The translations under genes were made by a program, and so were the position numbers. Shown here one piece after another: positions 1 to 9,485 of a stretch of 64,000 nucleotides of DNA. Position 1 is the first letter of the stretch; the number at the start of each line of letters is the position of its first letter. The DNA is from Clostridia bacterium (lineage in GTDB: Bacteria > Bacillota > Clostridia > Christensenellales > CAG-138): assembly GCA_017438865.1 (NCBI GenBank), contig JAFRUN010000044.1, positions 18,765 through 82,764 of the forward strand, given 5' to 3'. The notes under the pieces were generated by a model that was not told where the DNA came from, ran no database searches, and saw only the letters and a list, made by a program, of their open reading frames with translations.

Positions 1-360
1 GAGCGTCTCCTCGGGGATCGCGAGGATCTCCGGATCCATGAACGCGAGAGCGGAGGAAAACTGCACGTACGCGCTCGTCGCTCTGCCGTTCATTTCCTGA
101 TGCTTCGGATCGGAACCGTCGGCGGACAGGTGCAGCATCGCGTAGATATATGCCTTTTCAAGCCGCTGACCGATCTCATAGACCGTGTCGATGCCCGCCT
201 TGAACGCTTCGCGCGAGGTGCCGAGCGTGCCTTCGATCGCCGCGATCTTCGGAAGATCCGCAACGCAGCGGTTCAGCTCCGCTTCCCAGACCTCGTCGCT
301 TGCGTACATGTGCGTAAAGTCCCACTGGAATTTCGGATCCATGTCTTTTCTTGCCTGCAT
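1..360 (-). CDS. pepF: Oligoendopeptidase F (M3B), N-terminal part; gene runs off the window start
   Basis: Manual translation from ATG at 360 (RBS AAGGAG): MQARKDMDPKFQWDFTHMYASDEVWEAEL...LEKAYIYAMLHLSADGSD...AFMDPEILAIPEETL, typical PepF N-terminus; not in ORF track. Confidence 0.85.
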   Translation of the reverse strand, partial: MQARKDMDPKFQWDFTHMYASDEVWEAELNRCVADLPKIAAIEGTLGTSREAFKAGIDTVYEIGQRLEKAYIYAMLHLSADGSDPKHQEMNGRATSAYVQFSSALAFMDPEILAIPEETL

Positions 361-390
361 GTTCGTTTCTCCTTTGTTTTATTCGGAAAC

Positions 391-419
391 AGTATACCGC
401 GTTTCAGATGCTTTGTCCA
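391..419 (-). promoter_or_regulatory. Putative sigmaA promoter of pepF
   Basis: TGGACA-17 nt-TATACT on minus strand. Confidence 0.55.
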
Positions 420-422
420 CAG

Positions 423-665
423 TCAAGGCGTATTTTTCAGCGAATACGCCGTCTGCCGTCCGCGCCGGATGCCCACGACCGGGAGCCCGTACTGCCGCAA
501 AAGCCGGAGATCGTCCGACACGCTCTTGCGTTCGGCGGAGATCCCGCGCTCCGCGAGCTTGCATAAAAGCTCGCGCATCGTGATCGCGCGTCCCTCCTTC
601 CGCGTCTGCTCCAGGATATCCTTCACATACAGGATCTTCAGTTTTCCGTCCGAATGCTTTGCCAT
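423..665 (-). CDS. Small winged-HTH protein resembling the N-terminal domain of clostridial WYL-domain regulators (no WYL domain)
   Basis: MAKHSDGKLKILYVKDIL...ITMRELLCKLAERGISAERKSVSDDLRLLRQYGL; strong RBS AAGGAGG; 80 aa. Confidence 0.7.
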   Translation of the reverse strand: MAKHSDGKLKILYVKDILEQTRKEGRAITMRELLCKLAERGISAERKSVSDDLRLLRQYGLPVVGIRRGRQTAYSLKNTP

Positions 666-732
666 ACAAAAGCCCTCCTTTCCGGTCTTTCGGGATCAGT
701 ATCGCATGATATCTGTCCCATAAACCGGAAAG

Positions 733-757
733 AAAAAGCTCCCCGCAAAGGGAGCTT
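733..757 (-). terminator. Intrinsic terminator of the ABC exporter operon
   Basis: AAGCTCCC-tttgcg-GGGAGCTT followed by T run on minus strand. Confidence 0.75.
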
Positions 758-768
758 CATAAGGATGT

Positions 769-2022
769 TTATTCGTGCCGAAGCGCTTCGATCGGATCGA
801 GACGCGCCGCGCGGTATGCGGGGATCGCGCCGAAGAACATGCCGATGATGAACGAGAATACGACGGTCGCGGCGACGATGTACCAGCTGATGAAGATCGG
901 CACGCCGGACATCTTGGAAATGCCGTAGGCAAGCCCGATCCCGACGAGCACGCCGAGAATGCCGCCGAGGCAGGTCAGCACGCCCGCTTCGATCAGGAAC
1001 TGCGCCGAAATGCGCCGCCTGCGCGCGCCGAGCGCTTTTTTCAGACCGATCTCCGGCGTGCGCTCGGTGACCGACACCAACATGATGTTCATGACGCCGA
1101 TGCCGCCGACGATCAGCGAAATGCCCGCGACCAGGATGAGCTGGCGGTTCGTGGCGCTCGAAAGCTCCTGCAGGTTTTTCGCCTGCTCCAGAAGGTCCTC
1201 GCTCTTATAGCGGACCTCGGGGTTCTCCTTCTGGATCGTTCCGTTCAGGATCTCCTCGGCTTTTCTGCCCGCCGCCGTCATGGAATCGGTGTCCACGGCG
1301 CGGATCACGAGCGAGCGCGGCTCGTCGTAGCGGAACAGCACCGGCCAGGTGGAGAACGGGATCAGCACCTTTCCGCCGGTCGACTGGTTATAGGTGAAGT
1401 ATTCGTCGAGCGTGCTCACCGTGGGACGAAAGTCCGACGCGCGCGTGAACTCGCCGATCACGATGTACGGCTCGCCGCAGATGTCGATGGATTCGCCGAC
1501 CGGATTCGCGCCGGAGAACAGCGCGGCGGAGACGGTCTCGTCGATCATCGCGACCTTGCGGAAGCGGTCGCTGTCGCTGTCCGTAAAGCCGCGTCCGATG
1601 CGCACGGTGTAGCCGTACACGGAAAGATACGAGCTGTCCACGCCGTAGACCGTGCCGGCGCTCAGCGCTTTGCCGCCGCTGCGGATCTGTCCGTAGGCGT
1701 CGCGCTGCGCGTAATACGCCGCGGACGCGACCGCAGGCACGGCGCGGATCTCTTCAAGCGTGTCGTTCGTCAGCGGCGGGATGTAGTCCGGCGGCGTGCT
1801 CCATGCGCTCTCGAACGGATAATCGCCCTGATACAGGCGAACGGTCACGACGTTCGAGCCGGAGCCGACCAGGTTCTGCTTGATCTGCTCGTTCGTGCCC
1901 ATGATCGTGGAGGAGATCGCAATGATGCTCGCGATGCCGATGATGATGCCGAGCATCGTCAGCGCGCTTCTCAGTTTGTGGGAGCGAATGCCGTCGAAGG
2001 CCTCGCGGAAGTTTTCCAGCAT
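769..2022 (-). CDS. MacB/FtsX-family ABC transporter permease
   Basis: RSALTMLGIIIGI, GGIGVMNIMLVSVTERTPEIGLKKALGA, PAYRAARLDPIEALRHE. Confidence 0.93.
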   Translation of the reverse strand: MLENFREAFDGIRSHKLRSALTMLGIIIGIASIIAISSTIMGTNEQIKQNLVGSGSNVVTVRLYQGDYPFESAWSTPPDYIPPLTNDTLEEIRAVPAVASAAYYAQRDAYGQIRSGGKALSAGTVYGVDSSYLSVYGYTVRIGRGFTDSDSDRFRKVAMIDETVSAALFSGANPVGESIDICGEPYIVIGEFTRASDFRPTVSTLDEYFTYNQSTGGKVLIPFSTWPVLFRYDEPRSLVIRAVDTDSMTAAGRKAEEILNGTIQKENPEVRYKSEDLLEQAKNLQELSSATNRQLILVAGISLIVGGIGVMNIMLVSVTERTPEIGLKKALGARRRRISAQFLIEAGVLTCLGGILGVLVGIGLAYGISKMSGVPIFISWYIVAATVVFSFIIGMFFGAIPAYRAARLDPIEALRHE

Positions 2023-2034
2023 ATCGCGCCCTCC

Positions 2035-3873
2035 TTACCAGCCGTAGTAGAAGCCGCCCTTCGCGTCCTCGACCGGACTGCCTTCTTTGCAGTTCTTGTC
2101 GTAGGGGAACGCGATGCGGTCCTCGGGGGTGATCGGCATGCCGATGAGCTCCACATATTCGTTCATGCGGCTGCCGGTCTTTACGACGCGTTTCTCGAGC
2201 GCGTCGCCGTTTGCGACGAACACGCAGGTCTCGCCGTCGATCTCGCGTAAAAACGCCTCGTGCAGATAGATCGTGCCCTGCTCATAGAGCGAGGAGAAGT
2301 TCGAGAACTCGATATACTCGCCGATGCCGGGAACGACGCCCCCCGTGACGTCGAGCACCAGAAGGTAGCCGGAAGAGTTCGGGTTGCCGCTGCCGGAGTA
2401 GTTCGTGCTGACCGGCATCGTGCCGACCTTGCTGACGCATGCGGTCACGTTTTTCTGCAGCTGATAGGAGAAGCCGGAAAGCTCGGTCCCGACCGGATAT
2501 TCGGAAAGCTCGTCTTCGCCGACGAGTACGCTGATGTGCAGCCCCGAGCCGCCGCGGATCTCCACAAGGATATCGCCGTTTGCGGCCTCATCCGGCTGCT
2601 TCACCTGCATGACCGTGCCGTTGACCTCGGAGAACAGGATGCCGTCCAGACCGCTGCGCTGCGCCTTTTCGATGTCGAGCACAAGCTGGCGGTAGCGAAG
2701 CTCATCCTCGCGGATGCCGTTCGCGATCTCGTTGGCGTACGCCTCGCGCTGCGCCTTCGTCATACCGCCGCCTCCGCCGTAATACGGCGTGGGCGTGGGC
2801 TTCGGCGTTGCGGTCTCACCCGGTTCAAGGGTGCCGTCCGGCGTGGGCGAAGGGGTAGGCGTCGGTGTGGGCGTCGGCGTCGGTGTGGGCGTCGGCGTGG
2901 GGGTGGGCGTGGGCGTCGGCGTAGGCGTCGGCGTCGGAGCGGGTTTTACGGAGGTGACGAACGAGAATGCACCGTCCGGCGTGAACCGGAGCTCAACCGT
3001 GAACCGTTCCGCCTTGAGCGTCACATACCAGTCGCGCATCAGCTCCGCGGCTTTTTCGCGCTGCGATGCCAGAAACGCATTCGGAACCCTTGCGCCGGAG
3101 CCGTAGGAATAGACGATCGGATCGGACGCGCTGCCGTTGCCGCTTTTCGGATGCTCGAGATCCGCGACGCCGGCGTCGTTTTCGACCTTGACCGACAGCG
3201 TGAGTGCGCCGTCCGGCGCCGCCGAGATCAGGATCTCCGCCTCGGGCTGCACGATCCGCGCATAGACCGCCGTTCCGCGCTCCGCCGCCAGAGTGATCAG
3301 CGACTGCAGGAAAGTATCGGTCACGCGGTCGTTTGCGCCGATCTCATATACGAACGGATCGGTCTGCGAACCGCTGCCGCCGACGGCCGAATGCAGATCG
3401 GGCAGGATCCGGCCGGAAAGATCGAAGATCCTGCCGCGGCGCGGCGCCGCGGTCGGCGTGGGCGTCAGAAGCGGGTTCTCGTAATCGACGCGGGCGTATC
3501 GCCTGTACTCCGCGTACTCCGAGCGCAGCTTGTTTTCGAGCTTGATAAGCTCCAGCTTGTTTTCTTCAAAGGAGAGCTCGGCGCGCGTCGCGTCGTAGCG
3601 CAGCAGAGGATCGCCCACGGTGACGGTATCGCCGGGCTTCACAAGGATCTCCAGAACGTTGCGGTCGGCGCTTTTCAGAACGACCTGCGACGCGTCCGAA
3701 GTCACGATGCCGTAAAGGTACGTCTGGTTCGGCATATACGACATCATCCACTGCATGGCGGGATAGACCTCGCAGGGCGGAACCTTGCGGAATTTCAGGT
3801 ATGCAAAGACGCCGCCGGCAAGCAAACCGATGCAAAGAACACAGGCAATGATGATCTTCAAAGCACGTTTCAT
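2035..3873 (-). CDS. Efflux periplasmic adaptor (MacA/HlyD-like) with inserted repeat domains and a Pro-Thr linker
   Basis: N-terminal TM, lipoyl-like [17 protein letters not shown], coiled coil, (TP)n linker, C-terminal LEKRVVKTG. Confidence 0.8.
   Translation of the reverse strand: MKRALKIIIACVLCIGLLAGGVFAYLKFRKVPPCEVYPAMQWMMSYMPNQTYLYGIVTSDASQVVLKSADRNVLEILVKPGDTVTVGDPLLRYDATRAELSFEENKLELIKLENKLRSEYAEYRRYARVDYENPLLTPTPTAAPRRGRIFDLSGRILPDLHSAVGGSGSQTDPFVYEIGANDRVTDTFLQSLITLAAERGTAVYARIVQPEAEILISAAPDGALTLSVKVENDAGVADLEHPKSGNGSASDPIVYSYGSGARVPNAFLASQREKAAELMRDWYVTLKAERFTVELRFTPDGAFSFVTSVKPAPTPTPTPTPTPTPTPTPTPTPTPTPTPTPSPTPDGTLEPGETATPKPTPTPYYGGGGGMTKAQREAYANEIANGIREDELRYRQLVLDIEKAQRSGLDGILFSEVNGTVMQVKQPDEAANGDILVEIRGGSGLHISVLVGEDELSEYPVGTELSGFSYQLQKNVTACVSKVGTMPVSTNYSGSGNPNSSGYLLVLDVTGGVVPGIGEYIEFSNFSSLYEQGTIYLHEAFLREIDGETCVFVANGDALEKRVVKTGSRMNEYVELIGMPITPEDRIAFPYDKNCKEGSPVEDAKGGFYYGW
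2782..2945 (-). repeat. Low-complexity (Thr-Pro)n coding repeat
   Basis: ggcgtc/ggcgtg hexamer tandem encoding TPTPTP. Confidence 0.9.
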
Positions 3874-4547
3874 ATGCGGTCGCCTCCCGAAAGAACGCCG
3901 TCATAGATGTGCAGCATGCGCTTTGCGCGTTCCGCGACGGCGTGTTCGTGCGTGATCATGATGATCGACATCCCGCGCGCGTGGAGCGCGTCGAAGATGT
4001 CCATGATCTGCTGACCGGACTTCGAATCCAGCGCGCCGGTCGGTTCGTCGGCAAGCAGCAGCTTCGGCCGCGTGCAGATCGCCCGCGCGATCGCCACGCG
4101 CTGGCATTGTCCGCCGGAAAGCTGCGTGGGATAGAAGTTCATGCGGTCCTTGAGCCCGACCTCCAGAAGCGCCTGTTCCGCGCGTTCGCGGCGTTCGCGC
4201 TTCGGCACGTCGCCGTACATCAGCGGCAGAGCGACGTTTTCCCATGCGCGGCGGCGCTGCAGAAGATGGAACGACTGAAACACGAACCCGATCTTTTCGT
4301 TGCGGATACGCGCCATCTTGGTGTCGGACGCGCGGCTGTTGTCGACGTCCTCGAAGTAATAGGTGCCCTTTGTGGGCGTATCGAGATACCCGAGAATGTT
4401 CATCAGCGTCGACTTGCCGGAGCCGGACGGGCCCATGATCGCGTAGTATTCGCCTTCGTGCATGGCAAAATTGACGTCGTGCAGCACCGGAACGGGATGA
4501 TCGGCGGTGCCGTATGTTTTTTCGATGTGTTCGAGACGGATCAGCAT
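3870..4547 (-). CDS. ABC transporter ATP-binding protein (MacB/LolD-like)
   Basis: Walker [24 protein letters not shown]; start reassigned to MLIRLEH with RBS GGAGG. Confidence 0.95.
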   Translation of the reverse strand: MLIRLEHIEKTYGTADHPVPVLHDVNFAMHEGEYYAIMGPSGSGKSTLMNILGYLDTPTKGTYYFEDVDNSRASDTKMARIRNEKIGFVFQSFHLLQRRRAWENVALPLMYGDVPKRERRERAEQALLEVGLKDRMNFYPTQLSGGQCQRVAIARAICTRPKLLLADEPTGALDSKSGQQIMDIFDALHARGMSIIMITHEHAVAERAKRMLHIYDGVLSGGDRI

Positions 4548-4548
4548 A

Positions 4549-5895
4549 TCATCCTCCGAACGCGGGATCGACGCTGAACGAAACGATGTCTTCGCCGTCC
4601 TCGCCGAAGTCGATAAAACCGGACGGCTTGTCGGGCACGACGCTGTCAAAGCCGAAGGATTCGTCGATTTCAAATCCGGCCGGTTCTTCGACGGGGAGCA
4701 TACCGTTTTCGGCAGGATCCGCGAACATCGTCTCCGTTGCGAGCATGCCCGCGCGCACGGTGTCGTCCGGGAACGCGATGCGGTCCTTCAGCGTCAGTCC
4801 GCCGACGATCTCATAGCATTCGGTCTCTTCGGAATACGCGCCGACGGTCACGCGGCGCTTTTCCATGCGTCCGTTCGCGTCCGCCGCCCACACGAAGAAG
4901 CCGCCGTCCTCTTCGATCAGAAACGCCGCGGGCAGCATCAGCGCGGAGCTTTCGGATTCGTCGGTGTTCAGGTCGATCAGCACATGCTGACCGATCAGCA
5001 GCCCTTCGATGCTCTCCGGTTCCACATAAAACGCATACTTGCTGGCGCGTTCGCCGCCGTCGTAATAGATGCCCGCCTGCGATTCACCCGACGTCGATTC
5101 GGTATCGACGCGATAGATCGTGCCGCGGTAAACGGTGTCGTCCACGCGCGAGCGGATGAGCACCGGCATGCCCGGGAACAGCGTGTAGATCGTCTGCTCG
5201 TTCACGGTGCCCTTCACACAGAACGCCGTGCCCGCGATGATCGTGATGTAGGCGCTGCTGCCGCTGCCGGAATAGCCGAACGGATCGCTCGAGCCGGAAT
5301 CGTCGCGCACGGAGCGCACCGTCCCCGTAACGGGGGAGAAGACCGTGCTCGCGTCGATCAGCTCCTGCATTTCCTCCGCCTTGCGCTGTTTGTCCGCAAG
5401 CTCGTATTCGCCCTTGCGAATGTCCAGCTCGACGGTCTGAATGTCGAGCTCAATCCCGTAGCGGTCCTTTTCCTTCGCCTTTTCGAGCCGTTTTTTGAGC
5501 GAGGCGAGCTGACTGCGGTTGGTCCGCAGCTTGTTTTCGATGCCGGTGATGTCGATCAGGATCTGCGCGTGCGACAGCTTCAGATCGTCCACGTCGTAAC
5601 GGAACAGCGGATCGCCTTCGTTCACCTTGCTGCCGGCGGTCACGAAGCATTCCTTGACGGTCATGTCGGCGGACGGATTGACATCGATGACGTCCTTTGC
5701 CTCCACGATGCCGTTGTACTGCGCGTAAAGACCGACGGTTCCCATGCCGGTGACCGCCGCCACGGACTGCACATACGCCGTGCCTTCGTCGCCGCCGTTT
5801 CTGCGCTGATAGAAGTAGTAAACGCCGCCGCCCAGCAAGGTCAGCACCAGTAGGATCACGATGATCCGTACCCAACCTCTGCGTTTCTTTTTCAT
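4549..5895 (-). CDS. Efflux periplasmic adaptor (MacA/YknX-like)
   Basis: Basic N-terminus plus TM (MKKKRRGWVRIIVILL), GSKVNEGDPLFRYD, coiled coil, SPVTGTV, EKRRVTVG; RBS GAGGTG. Confidence 0.85.
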   Translation of the reverse strand: MKKKRRGWVRIIVILLVLTLLGGGVYYFYQRRNGGDEGTAYVQSVAAVTGMGTVGLYAQYNGIVEAKDVIDVNPSADMTVKECFVTAGSKVNEGDPLFRYDVDDLKLSHAQILIDITGIENKLRTNRSQLASLKKRLEKAKEKDRYGIELDIQTVELDIRKGEYELADKQRKAEEMQELIDASTVFSPVTGTVRSVRDDSGSSDPFGYSGSGSSAYITIIAGTAFCVKGTVNEQTIYTLFPGMPVLIRSRVDDTVYRGTIYRVDTESTSGESQAGIYYDGGERASKYAFYVEPESIEGLLIGQHVLIDLNTDESESSALMLPAAFLIEEDGGFFVWAADANGRMEKRRVTVGAYSEETECYEIVGGLTLKDRIAFPDDTVRAGMLATETMFADPAENGMLPVEEPAGFEIDESFGFDSVVPDKPSGFIDFGEDGEDIVSFSVDPAFGG

Positions 5896-5986
5896 AGGAC
5901 ACCTCGATTCAGACTCTCTTTTCATAATACCGCGCGGCGAGCGGTTTCGTCGCGGCGCTTTAAAATATATTTCTTCCCGCCGGAAG

Positions 5987-6015
5987 AAAAAAGTCCCGAT
6001 CGCATTGACCGGGAC
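5987..6015 (-). terminator. Riboswitch-coupled intrinsic terminator
   Basis: GTCCCGGTC-aatgc-GATCGGGAC-TTTTTT on minus strand. Confidence 0.8.
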
Positions 6016-6028
6016 GGTATTTTTTGAC

Positions 6029-6112
6029 ATGCCATCGTCAAGCATTAGCACCTTACTGAGGCAGGTTGCTGTGCGGTCACGGAGCTTGTCTCTCGCGCAC
6101 TCTGGATGGCAT
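6029..6112 (-). ncRNA. SAM-I (S-box) riboswitch aptamer, compact form lacking P4
   Basis: Minus strand: P1 AUGCCAUC/GAUGGCAU, J1/2 AUCCAGAG, P2 GUGCG/CGCAC with kink-turn GA/GA, P3 CAGCAACC...GGUGCUAA, pseudoknot CAAG:CUUG. Confidence 0.88.
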
Positions 6113-6116
6113 ACCG

Positions 6117-6145
6117 AGTATAACGCCGTACATCGGAAAATGCAA
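6117..6145 (-). promoter_or_regulatory. sigmaA promoter driving the SAM riboswitch leader
   Basis: TTGCAT-17 nt-TATACT ending a few nt before P1. Confidence 0.75.
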
Positions 6146-6349
6146 ACGAAATATGAATATTTTTCGTGGATTTTACATTCAAAAACCCGAAAAATCATGC
6201 AGAACCGGCGCATAACGGGGTATACACCGTTTGCAGGAATATACAGGATCAGGCGGAATATTCAGCCGCGCCGCGCTCTTTCGACACACGGATCCGCAGT
6301 GTGACGCCTGCATAACACGTTTCCTTCCGGGGGACAGAAACGTCGCTCC

Positions 6350-7579
6350 TCAGCGGTAGCGCGGAGAGTTTTCAAAGAACGCCCGCATCCAGGAGTACCG
6401 TTCGTGCGTGCGCCAGCCGTCGAGCGTATCGTCCTCGGCGGTGTTGTTGATCTCGCAGTCCGGAAGCAGCGCGCGGAGCGCGTCGCAGTCCTCCGGCGCG
6501 AACGGATTCCGCGCGCACCACAGCCGTTCGAGCGAAGAGACGGATGCGAGCGGGGACAAGTCATCGATCTTGTTTGCACAGACGTTCAGATCCTTGAGGT
6601 TTTTGAGCCCCGAAAGCGGCGAGAGGTCGCTGATGCGGTTCATGAACAGCTCGACGTAGACGAGCTCCGGCATCGAAGCAAGCGCCGAGATGTCGGTGAT
6701 CTGATTGTCCGCAAGGATCAGCACCTGCAGCTTTGTGAGACTTGTGAAGCAGGAGATGTCCTCGATCTGTTGATGTCCGAGGTCGAGCGCGACGAGCTCG
6801 GTGCAGTATTGGATCGGCGATGCCGAGCCGGTCGTCAGCCGGTATCTGATCTCGTCCGGGCGCTTGCTGCTGCGCGTGGTGAACGCGGTCGCGTCCGTGC
6901 GGAGCGGGCCCCAATAGCCGAGATAGACCGTCCAGACGATCCCTTTTTCCGGGAACTCGTCCCGCAGCGCCGCAAGCGTTTCGTTCGGCAGTCCGCAGCC
7001 GGACAGCTCGGTGCGCTTCAGCGCGGGCAGCCATGTGAGCACGCTGCGGAGCTTTTCGGCATCGGCGATCTTTGTTCTCGAAAGATTCAATTCCTCGGTG
7101 CTCTCGTTCAGCTCTTTGCCGAGATAGGTGAACCGGTACTGCGCGGTGATCGTAAGATCGGGGAACGCCGCGCGGAACGACGCGGCGAGCGCCGGGTCCC
7201 GCTTGCCGAGCGCGACCGTTTTCAAAGCGGGGAGATAGGGAAGCGCCGCGGCAAGCTCGTCCGGCGACGGCGATTCCGTATCGGAGAGATCCAGCGTTTC
7301 CGTATCCTGCGCGATCTCGCGTCCGAAGATCCAGACCGAAGAGACTGTTTCCGGTGTCGGTTCGGGCGTGGGTTCGGGCGTCGGCGCTTCGGTCGGTTCG
7401 GACGTCGGCTCCGCAGTCGGTCCGGACGTCGCAAGCGCCACCGCTTCCTCCGGGACCGGCGTCGGGGCAAAGGTTTCGGCGGGTTCCGCCGCCGGTTCCG
7501 GGACCGGTTCCTGCGTTTTGCAGGCGAAGAGAACGGCAAGCAGAACGATCGCGGAGAAAAGCCGGGCGGTTCGTTTCAT
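6350..7579 (-). CDS. Leucine-rich repeat lipoprotein with Glu-Pro-Thr linker
   Basis: Lipobox LFAC, LRRs (LQVLILADNQITDISAL, LKDLNVCANKIDDLSPL); start MKRTARL with RBS AGGAGG. Confidence 0.85.
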   Translation of the reverse strand: MKRTARLFSAIVLLAVLFACKTQEPVPEPAAEPAETFAPTPVPEEAVALATSGPTAEPTSEPTEAPTPEPTPEPTPETVSSVWIFGREIAQDTETLDLSDTESPSPDELAAALPYLPALKTVALGKRDPALAASFRAAFPDLTITAQYRFTYLGKELNESTEELNLSRTKIADAEKLRSVLTWLPALKRTELSGCGLPNETLAALRDEFPEKGIVWTVYLGYWGPLRTDATAFTTRSSKRPDEIRYRLTTGSASPIQYCTELVALDLGHQQIEDISCFTSLTKLQVLILADNQITDISALASMPELVYVELFMNRISDLSPLSGLKNLKDLNVCANKIDDLSPLASVSSLERLWCARNPFAPEDCDALRALLPDCEINNTAEDDTLDGWRTHERYSWMRAFFENSPRYR

Positions 7580-7583
7580 GCGC

Positions 7584-9068
7584 TTACCTCCTTCGTTTCC
7601 GCAGCAGCAGAACGGCGCACAGCCCCGCAACCGCAAGCGCCAGCGCGCCGGCAAGGATCCAGACGGTCGGGCTGATCGGCTGCTCCGGCGCGGGTTCGGG
7701 CGTCGGTTCCGGTGCGGATTCCGGCGCGGGTTCGGGCGCGACGGTCGGGCTTTCGGCAGGCGCCTCGGTGGGCGCGGGCGTGGGTTCGGGCGTCGGTTCG
7801 GGCGTGGGTTCCGGCGTCGGTTCGGGCGTCGGTTCCGGCGTCGGCTCGGGCGTGGGTTCGGGCGTCGGTTCCGGCGAGAGATCGACGTTTTCAAACATAT
7901 CGTTGATCCCGGAATCGAGTCCGACCGCCGTAAAGACGAGTCCGAACTTTTCCAGACTGTTTTCGTTCCTGTTGTTGCACGGATGATACCACAGCCGCTG
8001 CGACTGATGGCATTGATACGCTTCCTGCGCGATCTCCCAGCCCGTGCGTCCGCCGAACGCTTCGAGCGGGACCGTCGCGGAGATGAAGATCGGATTTTCC
8101 TTTGCAAGGTGCAGGTACAGTTTTTTGACCTGCCACAAGCCGTACGACGCGACGGATTCGGGATCGTAATTCGGATCGGCGGCGTCGACGACCGCCCGGC
8201 GCATCGCCGCGGCGACGATCTTGTGCTGCCAGTGTCCGTATTCGCCGTTGTCGTCGTGCGTGATCACGACCTCCGGACGCAGGTTCCGAAGATACCGCAC
8301 CAGCGTGCGTTCGACGTCCGGGAGCTGAAAATTCTTTCCGTATTTTTCCTGATTCTTGATCGAAATGTCGGCAAGCCCCGCCATGACCGGATAGGTTCTC
8401 AAGCCCATGATCCACGCGCCGTTGCACGCTTCGGTGCGGCGGACGCGCGCCCGCGTCGCAAGATAGAGGATCGAGCCGGTCAGCCCGCGTTCCGCGCCGT
8501 AGGTCGGGATCATGTTGCCCATAAAGAGCGTGTCGTCGTCCGGATGCATGGCGATCACCAGAAAGTCGAGCTTTTCGGGCGTCGGCTGCCACGGATGATA
8601 GTCCGAAGGCGCGCCGCCGGAAAACGCCGTGAGCGTACAGAGCCGCGCGTCCTCCGCGGGGCAAAGCCGCACGCCGTGCACGCCGCTTCCGATTTCGACG
8701 CCGTTGTCCCAGTACGGTTCGCCCGCGCGTTCTTCGAGCACGTCGCCGTTCTCGTCGAGCAGAGCGATCGTATACGGCGGAGGCGTGACGCCTTTGTCGT
8801 CCGTCCACGCATAGTACACGAAATCGACCGGCGTATCCTTCCAGCCGATCGAAACCCATTCGTTCTTCTGAATTTCCTGGGAATACTTGGGATCGGGGTT
8901 GGTCACGAAATCCTTGAGGTATTTCGCCTTTTTGGAGCTTTTATACTCGCAGCTTCTGGAGACGTTGACCGGCTCCGCTTTTTCTTCCGCCCGCGCGGAC
9001 GGCACGCTCATGCACAGCAGCACAAGCGCGAGGACGAGGGCGATTCGGATGTTCAGACGTCGTTTCAT
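7584..9068 (-). CDS. Secreted, C-terminally anchored PIG-L/LmbE-family deacetylase
   Basis: Signal peptide, MHPDDD, HDDNGEYGHWQH, HQSQ; EPTP linker; C-terminal TM plus RKRRR. Confidence 0.85.
   Translation of the reverse strand: MKRRLNIRIALVLALVLLCMSVPSARAEEKAEPVNVSRSCEYKSSKKAKYLKDFVTNPDPKYSQEIQKNEWVSIGWKDTPVDFVYYAWTDDKGVTPPPYTIALLDENGDVLEERAGEPYWDNGVEIGSGVHGVRLCPAEDARLCTLTAFSGGAPSDYHPWQPTPEKLDFLVIAMHPDDDTLFMGNMIPTYGAERGLTGSILYLATRARVRRTEACNGAWIMGLRTYPVMAGLADISIKNQEKYGKNFQLPDVERTLVRYLRNLRPEVVITHDDNGEYGHWQHKIVAAAMRRAVVDAADPNYDPESVASYGLWQVKKLYLHLAKENPIFISATVPLEAFGGRTGWEIAQEAYQCHQSQRLWYHPCNNRNENSLEKFGLVFTAVGLDSGINDMFENVDLSPEPTPEPTPEPTPEPTPEPTPEPTPEPTPEPTPAPTEAPAESPTVAPEPAPESAPEPTPEPAPEQPISPTVWILAGALALAVAGLCAVLLLRKRRR
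7690..7875 (-). repeat. (Glu-Pro-Thr-Pro)n coding repeat
   Basis: 12-bp tandem units ggttcgggcgtc encoding EPTP. Confidence 0.9.
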
Positions 9069-9122
9069 GTCGGTTTTTGTCGGTCGAAAGGGTATGGAAA
9101 GCCCGCAGATGCGCAGGCGGGA

Positions 9123-9470
9123 TTATTCGGGATCGGAATCGTATTCCCGTTCGGCGGCGTCCGCCGCGCCGCAGAAATATGCGTCGTAAAGCTCCTTTGC
9201 CGGCGCGAGCCGGTCGAACGGCACATACAGGCGCACACGTCCGACGTTCACGCCGAGCTCCGCGACGAGCCCCGCCCCGAGCACGGAACGCTCCGTGCAG
9301 GGGATGCCGTTGTCGGCGTACAGCTCCTTCAGCATCTCCGCCTGTATATAGGGGACCTCGGCGATCTGACAGAAATCGCCGGGCTGCGGCGCGCGCAGCT
9401 TCCGGTTCCGGCAGCGGGGACAGATTGCGGTGTCGACGAGCTTCATGCAGTTTTCACAGTAAAGAGACAT
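9123..9470 (-). CDS. Zn-ribbon plus DUF2007-like small protein
   Basis: CENC...CPRC; AEMLKELYADNGIPC...RLYVP. Confidence 0.6.
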   Translation of the reverse strand: MSLYCENCMKLVDTAICPRCRNRKLRAPQPGDFCQIAEVPYIQAEMLKELYADNGIPCTERSVLGAGLVAELGVNVGRVRLYVPFDRLAPAKELYDAYFCGAADAAEREYDSDPE

Positions 9471-9485
9471 ATCGGTTCCTCCGGA

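Noticed and set aside
5896-6213. N-terminal extensions in the ORF track (e.g. 4549..6213, 11889..14708, 6350..8107)
   Set aside because: Better RBS-supported starts lie downstream; the extensions overlap the riboswitch or other genes
2782-7875. Short tandem repeats as a CRISPR array or VNTR
   Set aside because: In-frame Pro/Thr/Glu linkers with synonymous variation; no spacers, no cas genes
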